Source of the DNA: a virus
Lineage: Duplodnaviria > Caudoviricetes
Length of the DNA: 64,000 nt
Virus record (IMG/VR): IMGVR_UViG_3300025679_000005
Reading direction: 5' to 3' (one strand)
Both the position numbers and the translations under genes were made by a program. Below are positions 8,526-17,212 of the stretch, in pieces (position 1 is the first letter of the stretch; every line of letters starts with the position of its first letter). Under the pieces are notes generated by a model. That model saw only the letters and a list, made by a program, of their open reading frames with translations. It did not search any database and was not told the origin of the DNA.

Positions 8526-8978
8526 CTAGTTGGCGTTCTTGTTGGGAGCCTCACCGATGGCGGCTTCAACTGTCATCTCGTGGACTTCGAGATAGCCCTC
8601 GATGACGTTGAGAGCTAGACGGGCTAGCTTCAGGCTGGCTTCGTCGTACTTGTTTCTGGCTTGCTGAAAGTCCTCGTAGTACTTGTGGTACCCCTCATTC
8701 AGCGCGAAGTCTGTGAAGTCGTGCTCGTGAAGAGCGACCTCGGCGATTTCATTGGCAATGCCAGCCTTGTCGAACGGGTCGTCAGTCTCCTTGTACTGTT
8801 GGAAGAGTTTCAGCATACGGTTCGAGACACTTTGGGAGTGCTTTCCACCACAATCAGGGCACGACTCATCTTGATTGGCCATCAACATGGGGATCTTACC
8901 AAAAGAAGCGGGCTGTAGTGTGGTGGGTTGTAGTTCACAGTAGGCTTTCTGCTCAGGGAGCACATTAACGTCACACAC
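8526..8978 (-). CDS. Hypothetical protein with CxxC motif
   Basis: 150-aa ORF, CPDCGG plus a helical C-terminus. Confidence 0.6.
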   Translation of the reverse strand: MCDVNVLPEQKAYCELQPTTLQPASFGKIPMLMANQDESCPDCGGKHSQSVSNRMLKLFQQYKETDDPFDKAGIANEIAEVALHEHDFTDFALNEGYHKYYEDFQQARNKYDEASLKLARLALNVIEGYLEVHEMTVEAAIGEAPNKNAN

Positions 8979-9062
8979 CCTAACACCAGTATTTTCAACG
9001 TTTTCGCCACAATGAGAGACTTTTCTTTTTGAGCTTTCGCTTTTAGTAGGAGATTTCCCACC

Positions 9063-9734
9063 ATGAGTAAGTTCATCTCGCTACACGACGCCCAGGGACA
9101 GTTCGATTCGGCCCTGCTGCATCGTGTCATCATCGAAAACGCCAAATTCGCCGTCAATGGGGACTTGGGAAGAGTCGAGACGGATCCGGTTTTCAAGCAA
9201 ATAACTGAGAACCGACAGACTTTCAACGGTTACTCCAGCTGCGGAGACCTCATTCACTGGTCGCTCCGACGGGCGGGCCTCCGAGATGAAAAAATAGAGA
9301 ACCGCAGCGACGATGACGGCAAAATACCTTGGCAGGTGTCCGTGAACGTCTCGCGGCTTGTCTACAGCACGGGTTCGAATTTCACACATTGGAAGACTGG
9401 CACCCCATTTGATGGGCAGCCTGGGGACATGGGGATGATCGGCGATGGTGGAGAAGCCCACGTTTTCATCATCGTAGGTGTTTCTGGGAACCAGGTCACC
9501 TCTTACGATTACGGTCAGTTTTTCCAGGGAAAGCATGGCGGCAAGAAGGTCGTACGAACGATCTTTCCACAGGGGGGTCGCCTCGAATTGATTGCCGGCG
9601 GCATTAGCCGTCCCTGGATCGGACGCCTAGACATAGGGTCCTTGCTGAAGCCCTACTTCGACGCCAACACTATCGTCCCCGCTGAGGTAGAGGACGATTT
9701 CGAGATTGATCCCAGCCTGGTCAATCCTTACTGA
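9063..9734 (+). CDS. Putative CHAP/NlpC-P60-like Cys-His hydrolase (candidate endolysin)
   Basis: YSSCGDLIHW (Cys) and PGDMGMIG..EAHVFII (His); lies upstream of holin/spanin-like genes. Confidence 0.5.
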   Translation: MSKFISLHDAQGQFDSALLHRVIIENAKFAVNGDLGRVETDPVFKQITENRQTFNGYSSCGDLIHWSLRRAGLRDEKIENRSDDDGKIPWQVSVNVSRLVYSTGSNFTHWKTGTPFDGQPGDMGMIGDGGEAHVFIIVGVSGNQVTSYDYGQFFQGKHGGKKVVRTIFPQGGRLELIAGGISRPWIGRLDIGSLLKPYFDANTIVPAEVEDDFEIDPSLVNPY

Positions 9735-10030
9735 TCGTCATCGAAGATACTGTGAACCAGCCGCTCAACCCAGGTAGGGGGCTCTATGGGTGGCTTTGGC
9801 GGATTCGGGTTGGCGTAGACCTGGTCCAAGTGGTGGAGATCAGGGTTCTCTGGTTGAGTATGCTCTAGACGGAATCGTATCTCCATGGAGACGATATCCG
9901 TTCCGTCTAGATCGTAGAGCACAGTTTCCACGTGGGGGTCCTCAGACAGGGATTGGGCTAGATGGCGTAGCTTCAGCTCGCCCTCGTCGTCCGAAACCCT
10001 CAAAATGAGGTACCAGGTGTGCATTTCCAC
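9728..10030 (-). CDS. Hypothetical protein with TWVERL motif
   Basis: Start GTG 10030 (or ATG 10024) follows CGGTGTA at 10039-10044; ends PPTWVERLVHSIFDDDQ. Confidence 0.6.
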   Translation of the reverse strand: MEMHTWYLILRVSDDEGELKLRHLAQSLSEDPHVETVLYDLDGTDIVSMEIRFRLEHTQPENPDLHHLDQVYANPNPPKPPIEPPTWVERLVHSIFDDDQ

Positions 10031-10075
10031 TAAGACCATACACCGTACGAATCCACTTAACAACCGGCATAGGCG

Positions 10076-10489
10076 ATGCTTCTAGCAGTCGTCGGTCAGA
10101 GCCAAGCCACCCAGGCGTTGGATACAATCGCAGGTCAAGGCATCCTGGGGTCGTTGTGTGTCCTCTTGATCATTGCCCTCTTCCTTACCTTGAAGGCACT
10201 GCTGAAGGCCAAGGACGATCGCCACAGTGACCAGAAGGCCATGGCGGATACCCTCCAGAAGCTCAACGAGGCCTTCAACGTGCTAGTGGTGGAGGCCGCC
10301 AAGAGTTCAGCCAATCTCGTCCTGGAGGCCTCTCGAAGCCAGGATGCTATGAAGTCAGCCTTGCAAACTCAAGAGAAGGCGATGGACAACTTCGCGGACA
10401 CTCTCAATGAGCTGAAGAGCGAAGTCACCGATCTCAGGGTAAATGTGGGCTTCATATCACTGACTGTGTCCAAGGGAGACCCCAAATGA
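10076..10489 (+). CDS. Holin-like TM plus coiled-coil protein
   Basis: QGILGSLCVLLIIALFLTLKALLKAKDDR resembles BhlA-type holins; coiled-coil tail. Confidence 0.5.
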   Translation: MLLAVVGQSQATQALDTIAGQGILGSLCVLLIIALFLTLKALLKAKDDRHSDQKAMADTLQKLNEAFNVLVVEAAKSSANLVLEASRSQDAMKSALQTQEKAMDNFADTLNELKSEVTDLRVNVGFISLTVSKGDPK

Positions 10490-10698
10490 GCTGGCTGAAG
10501 TTCTTGTGGCCGTGGGCTCATCGTGAGCGGGTAGAGGCCGAAGCTAGGACTGACCTGGAGTTCCGCAATCAACTCCGAGAGGCGATGCTTGTTCAGGACG
10601 ACCTCCTTGAAGCAGCTGCCAATATGAAAAAGGCCAGGGAAGAACGCTCGGCCGAAACAACCCCTACTTTCCGAAAAGCATTGAGCAGCAGCTCATGA
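10486..10698 (+). CDS. Small hypothetical protein in putative lysis block
   Basis: 70 aa, ATGA-coupled on both sides. Confidence 0.6.
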   Translation: MSWLKFLWPWAHRERVEAEARTDLEFRNQLREAMLVQDDLLEAAANMKKAREERSAETTPTFRKALSSSS

Positions 10699-11267
10699 GG
10701 AACCAAATGTCCGACGAACTAACCAAAATCCTTGAATCCCTACCCCCTGCTCAACTGGATGTGATGCGTAAGCGCTTCCAAGATGAAATCGAGTTGAGCG
10801 GAGCTGCGCATGTTGCAGCTGCCACGAAGTTCCAGGCGGGATTGGATAAAGTCGTGGACGTTCTTCTGATCCTCGTTCTGAAGTTCGCCCGAGCCACGTC
10901 TGCCCTCATTGCAATCGGCTTCGTGCTCATCGTCTGCTTGGTAGTTCTGATTGTCGCCACCGTGAAGGTGCTAGAAGTCTCCAATCAGGTCGCTGAGATC
11001 CAGCAGCATCAGGACGAATTCTCGATGTCTCAGAAGCGCATCGAGGAGTCGACAACAGCTACTCAGAAGCAGGTGGATTCGACTAGCCAGAAGATTGATG
11101 CCACCCAAGCCAAGGTTGACACAGTCGTGGATTCGGCCCCCAAGGTCGAAGTCGATGCCCGAACAGGCAGGGCCAAGATCGTCATCCCAGCGAAGGCAAA
11201 GAAGCCGGCCACAGCTACGGCCCCGGCAGTCGCTAGCTCAAAACCTCTGGAAATCGACCTAAGGTAA
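10695..11267 (+). CDS. TM plus coiled-coil protein (spanin-like architecture)
   Basis: Long hydrophobic stretch followed by Q/S/T-rich coiled coil and a P/A-rich tail. Confidence 0.5.
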   Translation: MRNQMSDELTKILESLPPAQLDVMRKRFQDEIELSGAAHVAAATKFQAGLDKVVDVLLILVLKFARATSALIAIGFVLIVCLVVLIVATVKVLEVSNQVAEIQQHQDEFSMSQKRIEESTTATQKQVDSTSQKIDATQAKVDTVVDSAPKVEVDARTGRAKIVIPAKAKKPATATAPAVASSKPLEIDLR

Positions 11268-11804
11268 GTTCTTCATCAACGCTTCAAGTTCGGCTTCTGG
11301 GTCCGGGGGCTGTTCCAAAAAGTCTTCGTCCAACCGATCCCATACGGTTCTCACCTGAGTCCCGTGCTCATGGATCGTTCGTATAGGTACTAGGATCATG
11401 AGCTTCGAGTCTTCAATTGAACAGGACGTATAGTCCCTTTGGATAGTCCTAATCTTCAGGGTAGAGCCGAAGATGTTAGTGAGGACGATGTTCTCGGTAA
11501 CTGGCCGTTTGCTGACATCGGCGGCATCCTTTGTGAGGATAGCTTGCCTGATGTTGCCTCTGAATTTGTCCCCGATATAGAAGCGTACGCCTGGGACGAT
11601 CCAAGCTCGGGGTGGGATCAGGAAGTCCAGCTCCCACCATTTCACAGCCTGCTTTTTGAAAACGTCGATGGGGATACGTGTGGGATTGGCATCGCCCCCG
11701 TACCAAACCACCACGTTGTTGTCGGAAACGCCTACGACCTCGAAGCGTGGCTGCTTCGAGGATTCGTTGGAAAGTCTTCCCAGGTCTCCGGCTTTCCAGG
11801 TCAT
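11259..11804 (-). CDS. Hypothetical protein (SH3/KOW-like start) with TVWDRL motif
   Basis: Start MTWKAGDLGRL at 11804; QVRTVWDRLDEDF near the C-terminus. Confidence 0.65.
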   Translation of the reverse strand: MTWKAGDLGRLSNESSKQPRFEVVGVSDNNVVVWYGGDANPTRIPIDVFKKQAVKWWELDFLIPPRAWIVPGVRFYIGDKFRGNIRQAILTKDAADVSKRPVTENIVLTNIFGSTLKIRTIQRDYTSCSIEDSKLMILVPIRTIHEHGTQVRTVWDRLDEDFLEQPPDPEAELEALMKNLP

Positions 11805-12042
11805 GGCTTGAAGTTGATATCCCTCAGAGTCTTGCGAACGGCCATGTAGACACGGCCCCGAAGTCCGTATAGGGGCTACCAGGCGCTTTGAGGTTGGGTA
11901 TGCCAGAACAGCCGTCAGAGAGGATGGCGTATTGGAATGCACCCATCTCAGCATCTATCTTGTATTCCCTGGACCCGGCAATGGCATAGTCTTGGCAAAT
12001 GGTGTGGGTTTTGCCCATGCGGAAGAAGTAATCAGCGCTCAT
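11801..12042 (-). pseudogene. Truncated, frameshifted PP2C-like phosphatase fragment
   Basis: HTICQDYAI...AILSDGCSG...TDFGA are N-terminal PP2C-like motifs. A -1 shift near 11856 gives ...RVYMAVRKTLRDINFKP* whose TGA overlaps the next ATG; only about 80 codons in total. Confidence 0.65.
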
Positions 12043-12094
12043 ATTTCAACTCAGAAAGGGTCCTAAAGAAGATCCTCAGGACCCTTTCAATTTT

Positions 12095-12841
12095 TCAGAA
12101 CGTGATGGGTGCGCTGGGGCCGCCCGAGCCAACAGACTGGGAGACGCTCGACACAGACTTCGAGATGAAGCCTGCGATGCGGGCGAACGTCTTCGGGGTC
12201 GCGTCCTTGGCTTCTACGTATTGATCGAAGCCGGCCTCGTCCTTGAAAGCAGTCAGGTAACGGCTCACCTCGGAGTCCGTAACGTTGATGCCTACAAGGA
12301 TCGTCATGATCGATTCCAGGGATTCTCCCTTACGAGCACGAGCGACGGCTTCCTTCACGTGGTGGGCTTTCAGCGTCGAGCCTACGTCCATGCCGTCGGT
12401 CAGGATCACAACGACCGCGTTGGTCGTGTACTCTTGATCCTGCAAGGCTTTGCCGTAGGTTGCTGCGGAGTCGACAGCGTTGACACTGGCGTCGTACAGA
12501 CTCGTTGAGCCACTAGGGTGAATGGACCCAGTGTACTTGTCGAGATGGCAATCCGACAGCGGACGGAAGCCGTGTTGCTCTACGACCTTGTGATTGAAGG
12601 TCAGAAAGCGTGTGAGGAGGTTGTCCACTCGTGGAGACTTCTGGCAGGCCTCCAGGCTGGACTTGAGGCAGCCTTCGATCTCTTGAGCGAAGGACGTAAC
12701 GCTGCTGCTCACGTCGGCGGCGATCACCACCAATGTGTACTCGGAAGCGTTTTGAAGGGTGTTTACGTTGGTGCCAGAGAACTGGAACCCGGACCCAGTG
12801 GTCTTGAAACCACTGGCATCGTCATCATCGAAAATCGGCAT
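12095..12841 (-). CDS. vWA-domain protein (TerY-like)
   Basis: MIDAS DVSSS, GSTSLYDA, VILTDGMD. Confidence 0.85.
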   Translation of the reverse strand: MPIFDDDDASGFKTTGSGFQFSGTNVNTLQNASEYTLVVIAADVSSSVTSFAQEIEGCLKSSLEACQKSPRVDNLLTRFLTFNHKVVEQHGFRPLSDCHLDKYTGSIHPSGSTSLYDASVNAVDSAATYGKALQDQEYTTNAVVVILTDGMDVGSTLKAHHVKEAVARARKGESLESIMTILVGINVTDSEVSRYLTAFKDEAGFDQYVEAKDATPKTFARIAGFISKSVSSVSQSVGSGGPSAPITF

Positions 12842-12869
12842 TTTTGGTATTTTCTTTCGTCGTTTGGAA

Positions 12870-13679
12870 TCAGGCGAGGATGTCGGTGGTCGTGCTGGTC
12901 TTCACGCCCTTGGCCTTCATGTCTTTGAGGAAGGTGTCGGCGTATTGGTGGAAGATCGGGAAGTCCACGGGCGAGGTCGCGTCCGTGAGGATGACCATTT
13001 TGCCGTAAAAGGACGGGTCCGGGAAGTTGTCCACAGTGTCGCGGAAGGTATTGGCGAGGCAGTGGCTGAGAGCTTCGCCACCCCACAACATGATGTCGCA
13101 ATCCATTGCCGCTTGGATGAAGTTTTGGTTGATCTGAGTGCTAGGATCATTCGGATCGGGCACTTCCGCTTTGACCGCCGAGAAATGCTCCGTCCAGGGG
13201 TTGGAACCCTTGGTGAGGACCTCGGACATGGCGTAGCGCTTTTCTTCCCAACCATGAACCGCTGCGGAGATGACGGGGGCGATGTTGTGGCCTTCGTCAC
13301 CGATGATACAATGCTCCGGCCAAATCGTGTGCGGATAGCGACCGGTAGCACGAAGGGCTTTGAGGTACTTTAGGGTACGCTCTTTGGCGCCGAGCTTGCG
13401 AGTCGTCCACTTGCCAGTCTCCAGGTCTTCCGGAGAGATGACGGTGTACGGCGGTGGCGGATTGCCATTGGAGTCCATGAACCACATGGGGTGACTGATG
13501 TCGACCTTGTGGTGGGAGTCCATCGTCAGCGTGATGTCGGACAGCTTGTCCTGAAGACGCTCGACCATGCGGGCAATCCGCTTGATGTTCTCGTCTGCGC
13601 CCTTGACGAAGAGGGCGCCGTTGGGGTTGGTGAAGTCGTTCTGATCGTCGATGCAAACTAGATGTACTTTGAGAGCCAT
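12870..13679 (-). CDS. Nicotinamidase / isochorismatase-family cysteine hydrolase
   Basis: IDDQNDF, TMDSHH, WPEHCIIG, KGSNPWTEHFSA, GEALSHC. Confidence 0.9.
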   Translation of the reverse strand: MALKVHLVCIDDQNDFTNPNGALFVKGADENIKRIARMVERLQDKLSDITLTMDSHHKVDISHPMWFMDSNGNPPPPYTVISPEDLETGKWTTRKLGAKERTLKYLKALRATGRYPHTIWPEHCIIGDEGHNIAPVISAAVHGWEEKRYAMSEVLTKGSNPWTEHFSAVKAEVPDPNDPSTQINQNFIQAAMDCDIMLWGGEALSHCLANTFRDTVDNFPDPSFYGKMVILTDATSPVDFPIFHQYADTFLKDMKAKGVKTSTTTDILA

Positions 13680-13759
13680 GCGTCATTTCCTTAGGGTTGT
13701 CGATTCCCCAAGGCTTTACACCGGATCCCTCAGATTCAGGTCAGCGAGACTTAAAATTG

Positions 13760-14032
13760 TTATACTCGTCCGGATAACACCATACTGGAAATGAAAGACT
13801 TGGCTATATCCGGGCACTTAGCGATGATCGCCGGCACTGTAAAAAGATGCTTGCCGTCATCCTCGACGCCCTTATACCGCGGGGCTATCACAAAGGCATC
13901 AGGTAGCCCTTGACTCATGGCCGATCGGACAATACTAGCTGAGGCATGCGCCTCCTCTTCGGACGGGCCTACCACCTCTACGTATGCGGTCAACATATTG
14001 TGGCGGTACGAGACTGCTCGGATTACTTTCAT
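13760..14032 (-). CDS. Hypothetical protein
   Basis: 90-aa ORF. Confidence 0.55.
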   Translation of the reverse strand: MKVIRAVSYRHNMLTAYVEVVGPSEEEAHASASIVRSAMSQGLPDAFVIAPRYKGVEDDGKHLFTVPAIIAKCPDIAKSFISSMVLSGRV

Positions 14033-14062
14033 GCCAGGTAGAACGGATCCCGACAGTGAAAG

Positions 14063-14243
14063 TTAACCCGTCCTAGGCTTACGATGAAGACGCTTCCACA
14101 GACGGTGTCGTTGCTCGTTCAAGTCGTTCACAGCGTTGCGGGCCGCCTCTTGCTCGTCTTTTCGAATATTTGAACTGAGGAGCCTAGCCAACTTCGATCA
14201 TTTCTTTATTCAATTCTGCTTTAGTTTCGCGTACTTTGGACAT
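14063..14243 (-). pseudogene. Small coiled-coil ORF split by a 1-nt frameshift
   Basis: MSKVRETKAELNKEMI + (extra G in ATC-G-AAG) + KLARLLSSNIRKDEQEAARNAVNDLNEQRHRLWKRLHRKPRTG*; span is 60 codons plus 1 nt. Confidence 0.45.
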
Positions 14244-14304
14244 CCGCAGAACCTAAGTTTTGGTGGGGTATAATGTCAAGGCCGTCTTGGCCGTTTGGAG
14301 GCAC

Positions 14305-14604
14305 ATGAGCGAAAAAACCGACACTATTACGCTGGGCCCGCAGATTGCAGCAGATGGCACGAGACTGGGCCTTCGCCAGCGGGAAAATAGCCTCGAAGAG
14401 GTGCACGTGGTGCCTCTAGTGAATGGGCGCCCTCTGGAAGCAGATAGCACGATCCTGGCCCTCTCGCATCGTCAAGGAGAGGTCTACGACGTGATCGACT
14501 CCTACAAGCCTGCCCGATCGGGGCCTGCTCAAGTGGCGACGAAGGCGTACCGCACTGGCTATGATCGCATCTTCGGAGGAAGTGCCGCAGTCGGTCAAGC
14601 CTAA
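14305..14604 (+). CDS. Hypothetical protein ending GPAQVATKAYRTGYDRIFGG
   Basis: GGAGG SD before ATG 14305. Confidence 0.7.
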   Translation: MSEKTDTITLGPQIAADGTRLGLRQRENSLEEVHVVPLVNGRPLEADSTILALSHRQGEVYDVIDSYKPARSGPAQVATKAYRTGYDRIFGGSAAVGQA

Positions 14605-14605
14605 T

Positions 14606-14612
14606 CGGTGTA
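14606..14612 (+). promoter_or_regulatory. YGGTGTA element
   Basis: 10 nt upstream of ATG 14623. Confidence 0.7.
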
Positions 14613-14622
14613 GTACGGGTGC

Positions 14623-15855
14623 ATGTCCATAGACTGGAAGAAGCTCCGGAAGAAAATTCTCACCTTTTCTACCGAAATACTCCCCAAAATACCTCAGCGG
14701 GGAGACAGCGCTCTAACTGTCTTCATCAAGTTCATGTCGATTGCGGATTCGCTAGACAAGAATTTGGCCAAAGATTCGGCGCTCTCCTCCTTCTTTTCGC
14801 AGGTGACTGCGGAAAACAAGGAGAATGCTCAGTTCGTCGACCTCTTCTATTCGACGGCCCTGAGGAACACCTTCAAAATCAAAAAGCTGTCGATTTCCGA
14901 GTACTGCGACATCGTGATCGCAGAAGACAGCGAAATAGGCACCCTCTACTTCATCGAGTATCGCTGGAGTGGAAAACCGGAGCCCAGCTCGGACTTCTGG
15001 TACAGCCCCGACTTCAAGTTTGAGAAGGCCCTGGAGCGTATGTGGGCCATCTACCAGGGTGGCATCGACATCACCTTGAGGATTGAACGGGAGCGCATAA
15101 AGACCGCCTATGAGGGTTTGGAGTTCACCACCGACCCTTTGCTGGGGGATGCCCAAAAACGCTTTGACAAGGCGCTGGCGCTTCATAAGAGCTACGTAGA
15201 CCGGGGGTTCCCACGGACCTATCTGTACATTGGCAAACAGGGAGGCGGCAAGTCCACTTTTGCTACCCGGCTGTCCCAAGCCTGTGGCAACCGAACGTTG
15301 CGTATTGACACCAAAGGGATGACGGTGGCGGGGGCTACAGACATCGGTTTCATCATCAGTGGAATGCGACCGACTTTCCTGATCCTGGATGACATCGACC
15401 GCGTCTCCGATACCTCGACGATTCCGATGCTGCTAGCGGTCATGGCTAAGCTCAAGGACAAGCACCGCTCGGTGACCTGCGTGCTCACTGCCAACAGCCT
15501 GGAGCCTTTTGATCCGGCGTTCCTTCGCCCGGGGCGTGTCGACAAGATCATCGAGTTTGAGGACCCAGGTCCTGACGAGCGCGAAAAGATACTCCGAGGC
15601 TATCTCAACGAATTCGGGGCCCAGCCAGGAGTGGATCTCAAGAAGCTCGCTAAGGCCACGAAGGGACTTACCCCAGCCTACCTCAGGGAGCTAGCCGTCC
15701 AGCTTCAATGCGAATCCGTGGCTGAGGTCTTGGCCACCATCAAACAGATGCACAGGCTATCCAAGAAAAACGAGGTTCCGCCGCCTCCAGGAGGCCCAGA
15801 ACCGGCCGCCCCTCCAGGGACACCTCCCGGGAATCTCACAAAAGCTGCGTCATGA
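14623..15855 (+). CDS. AAA+ ATPase (BCS1/FtsH-like single AAA module)
   Basis: Walker A GKQGGGKST, Walker B LILDDID, TAN...DPAFLRPGRVD (SRH). Confidence 0.9.
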   Translation: MSIDWKKLRKKILTFSTEILPKIPQRGDSALTVFIKFMSIADSLDKNLAKDSALSSFFSQVTAENKENAQFVDLFYSTALRNTFKIKKLSISEYCDIVIAEDSEIGTLYFIEYRWSGKPEPSSDFWYSPDFKFEKALERMWAIYQGGIDITLRIERERIKTAYEGLEFTTDPLLGDAQKRFDKALALHKSYVDRGFPRTYLYIGKQGGGKSTFATRLSQACGNRTLRIDTKGMTVAGATDIGFIISGMRPTFLILDDIDRVSDTSTIPMLLAVMAKLKDKHRSVTCVLTANSLEPFDPAFLRPGRVDKIIEFEDPGPDEREKILRGYLNEFGAQPGVDLKKLAKATKGLTPAYLRELAVQLQCESVAEVLATIKQMHRLSKKNEVPPPPGGPEPAAPPGTPPGNLTKAAS

Positions 15856-16279
15856 GGCGCTCCCAGACCGTGGGCCGGTAGGGTTCTGGCTCCGGTACTG
15901 GGGATGCTAGAGAGGGAAGTCCTACGATCGGAGGGGCTGGCATTGGGCCGAACCAAGAAGCTGGTGGCATCCAATTGGCCAAAGGCCGTGGGAGGGCCAA
16001 TTGAAGGTATCTACGCACATTCGGCCAAGTGGCGTAGGGTGCCAAGTTATCGTCTTGTCTGACAAGGGCTTCGACAACGTGGAACAGCATCTCCTGCTGT
16101 TCTCTAGTGGTTGCGTAGTGGTCCACAAGGGGAACTGATCTGCCGGGAGTTCGGCAAGCGGCCCGGATGATGCCTATTGCAAAAGCTGTTGTTCGACCCC
16201 CTCTACGGTTTTCGTCCCCCGTATCCAGAAGCCAGTCAAGTACGGGAATTGCTTCTATTTGACGCAGGTTCAACGGCAT
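15836..16279 (-). CDS. Hypothetical protein with degenerate P-loop-like start and C-terminal TVWERL
   Basis: ENRRGGRTTAFAIG; ends RPTVWERLMTQLL. Confidence 0.65.
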   Translation of the reverse strand: MPLNLRQIEAIPVLDWLLDTGDENRRGGRTTAFAIGIIRAACRTPGRSVPLVDHYATTREQQEMLFHVVEALVRQDDNLAPYATWPNVRRYLQLALPRPLANWMPPASWFGPMPAPPIVGLPSLASPVPEPEPYRPTVWERLMTQLL

Positions 16280-16288
16280 CCTCGTTCA

Positions 16289-16305
16289 TACACCTCTCTG
16301 GTGTA
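16289..16305. promoter_or_regulatory. Back-to-back GGTGTA pair
   Basis: TACACC-tctct-GGTGTA; 9 nt to ATG 16279 (-), 10 nt to ATG 16316 (+). Confidence 0.75.
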
Positions 16306-16315
16306 GATCCAAGGC

Positions 16316-16636
16316 ATGAGCACACTCTGGGAACGCCTTCACGAGATTCAAGCGCAAGGTCCGGACGCCGAGGATACAGATGAGGCCGAAGATCTTCGAT
16401 TTCTCCGCGAACAGGAACGTCGTGGAGAAATCCCGTACCCCATGTGTTGCATAGACGCTGCTGGTTCCCCAGTAGTCTACCCTTCTCTAAAGGGTAACCT
16501 CAATGGCCCACCCATTTGGATGGCTACGCACCATGACCACGGATATCCTCGATCGGTGCAAGTCTTGCGTCGAGTCGCCAAGCCGTTGGGCCTGGAAGTC
16601 TTTCAGTCGGGCCCGCTAGAAAGAGAGTCTTGGTGA
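16316..16636 (+). CDS. Hypothetical protein with N-terminal STLWERL motif
   Basis: ATG 10 nt after TGGTGTA; 3' third overlaps an antisense pseudogene. Confidence 0.55.
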   Translation: MSTLWERLHEIQAQGPDAEDTDEAEDLRFLREQERRGEIPYPMCCIDAAGSPVVYPSLKGNLNGPPIWMATHHDHGYPRSVQVLRRVAKPLGLEVFQSGPLERESW

Positions 16637-16676
16637 CGCTAGTAGGAAAAGGACTTTGAGCGTAGATGACTTTCAT
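16524..16676 (-). pseudogene. Remnant of nucleoside 2-deoxyribosyltransferase-like gene
   Basis: MKVIYAQSPFPTSVTKTLFLAGPTERLPGPTAWRLDA* matches the FLAGPT...WR.[ED]A start of that family; ATG is 10 nt after CGGTGTA; premature stop at 50 aa. Confidence 0.55.
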
Positions 16677-16686
16677 ACCTGGGAAT

Positions 16687-16712
16687 TACACCGCGGCACG
16701 CCAGATGGTGTA
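16687..16712. promoter_or_regulatory. Divergent YGGTGTA pair
   Basis: 10 nt to ATG 16676 (-), 11 nt to ATG 16724 (+); 14-nt spacer. Confidence 0.7.
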
Positions 16713-16723
16713 CTATCTGGCGG

Positions 16724-17212
16724 ATGATCCATCTCAAAATAACCGGCCGCGGAGCTTTGATGGGTGAGTTCCAGGATCGCCACGGAAGAGAGTGTAGTAT
16801 TCAAGAAGCGTCATCGCCCTCAGAGCCGGCGATTTGGCTTGGGGTTGACTCGGACGAACCAGGCAAGAGCTATCGCATGTTGCTCACTCAGGAATTAGCT
16901 CAAGACCTGCTCCCAGTTCTACGTTATTTCGCTAGGACCGGCTTCCTTGGCCAGGACACTTTGGAAGAAACCTTTGCGGTAGGGACCTGGGTCATTGGTG
17001 TTGGCGAAGGTAACCGCGGTATCGAGGGCAGAGTCATCGAGATCGTGACCGGTGTGTCGATGGCAGTGCAGGACAATGCCAAGCAAGGCCCCGAAGGTGT
17101 GGTGTCCTGCGCTTGGAGTAGAGCCGAGCTGATTTGGGAAGTGATTCCTCCCCTACCCTACGCAGAGATCCCCAATCGCTATGATCGTCTTATGATCGAG
17201 GATAACCTGTGA
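16724..17212 (+). CDS. Two-part hypothetical protein ending RYDRLMIEDNL
   Basis: N-terminal EFQDRHGRECSIQEASS...IWLG module plus an SH3-like C-terminal half. Confidence 0.7.
   Translation: MIHLKITGRGALMGEFQDRHGRECSIQEASSPSEPAIWLGVDSDEPGKSYRMLLTQELAQDLLPVLRYFARTGFLGQDTLEETFAVGTWVIGVGEGNRGIEGRVIEIVTGVSMAVQDNAKQGPEGVVSCAWSRAELIWEVIPPLPYAEIPNRYDRLMIEDNL

Noticed and set aside
14623-15855. MoxR-vWA chaperone pair with the vWA gene at 12095
   Set aside because: The ATPase has classic AAA (RPGR SRH) rather than MoxR features, and it is on the opposite strand 1.8 kb away.
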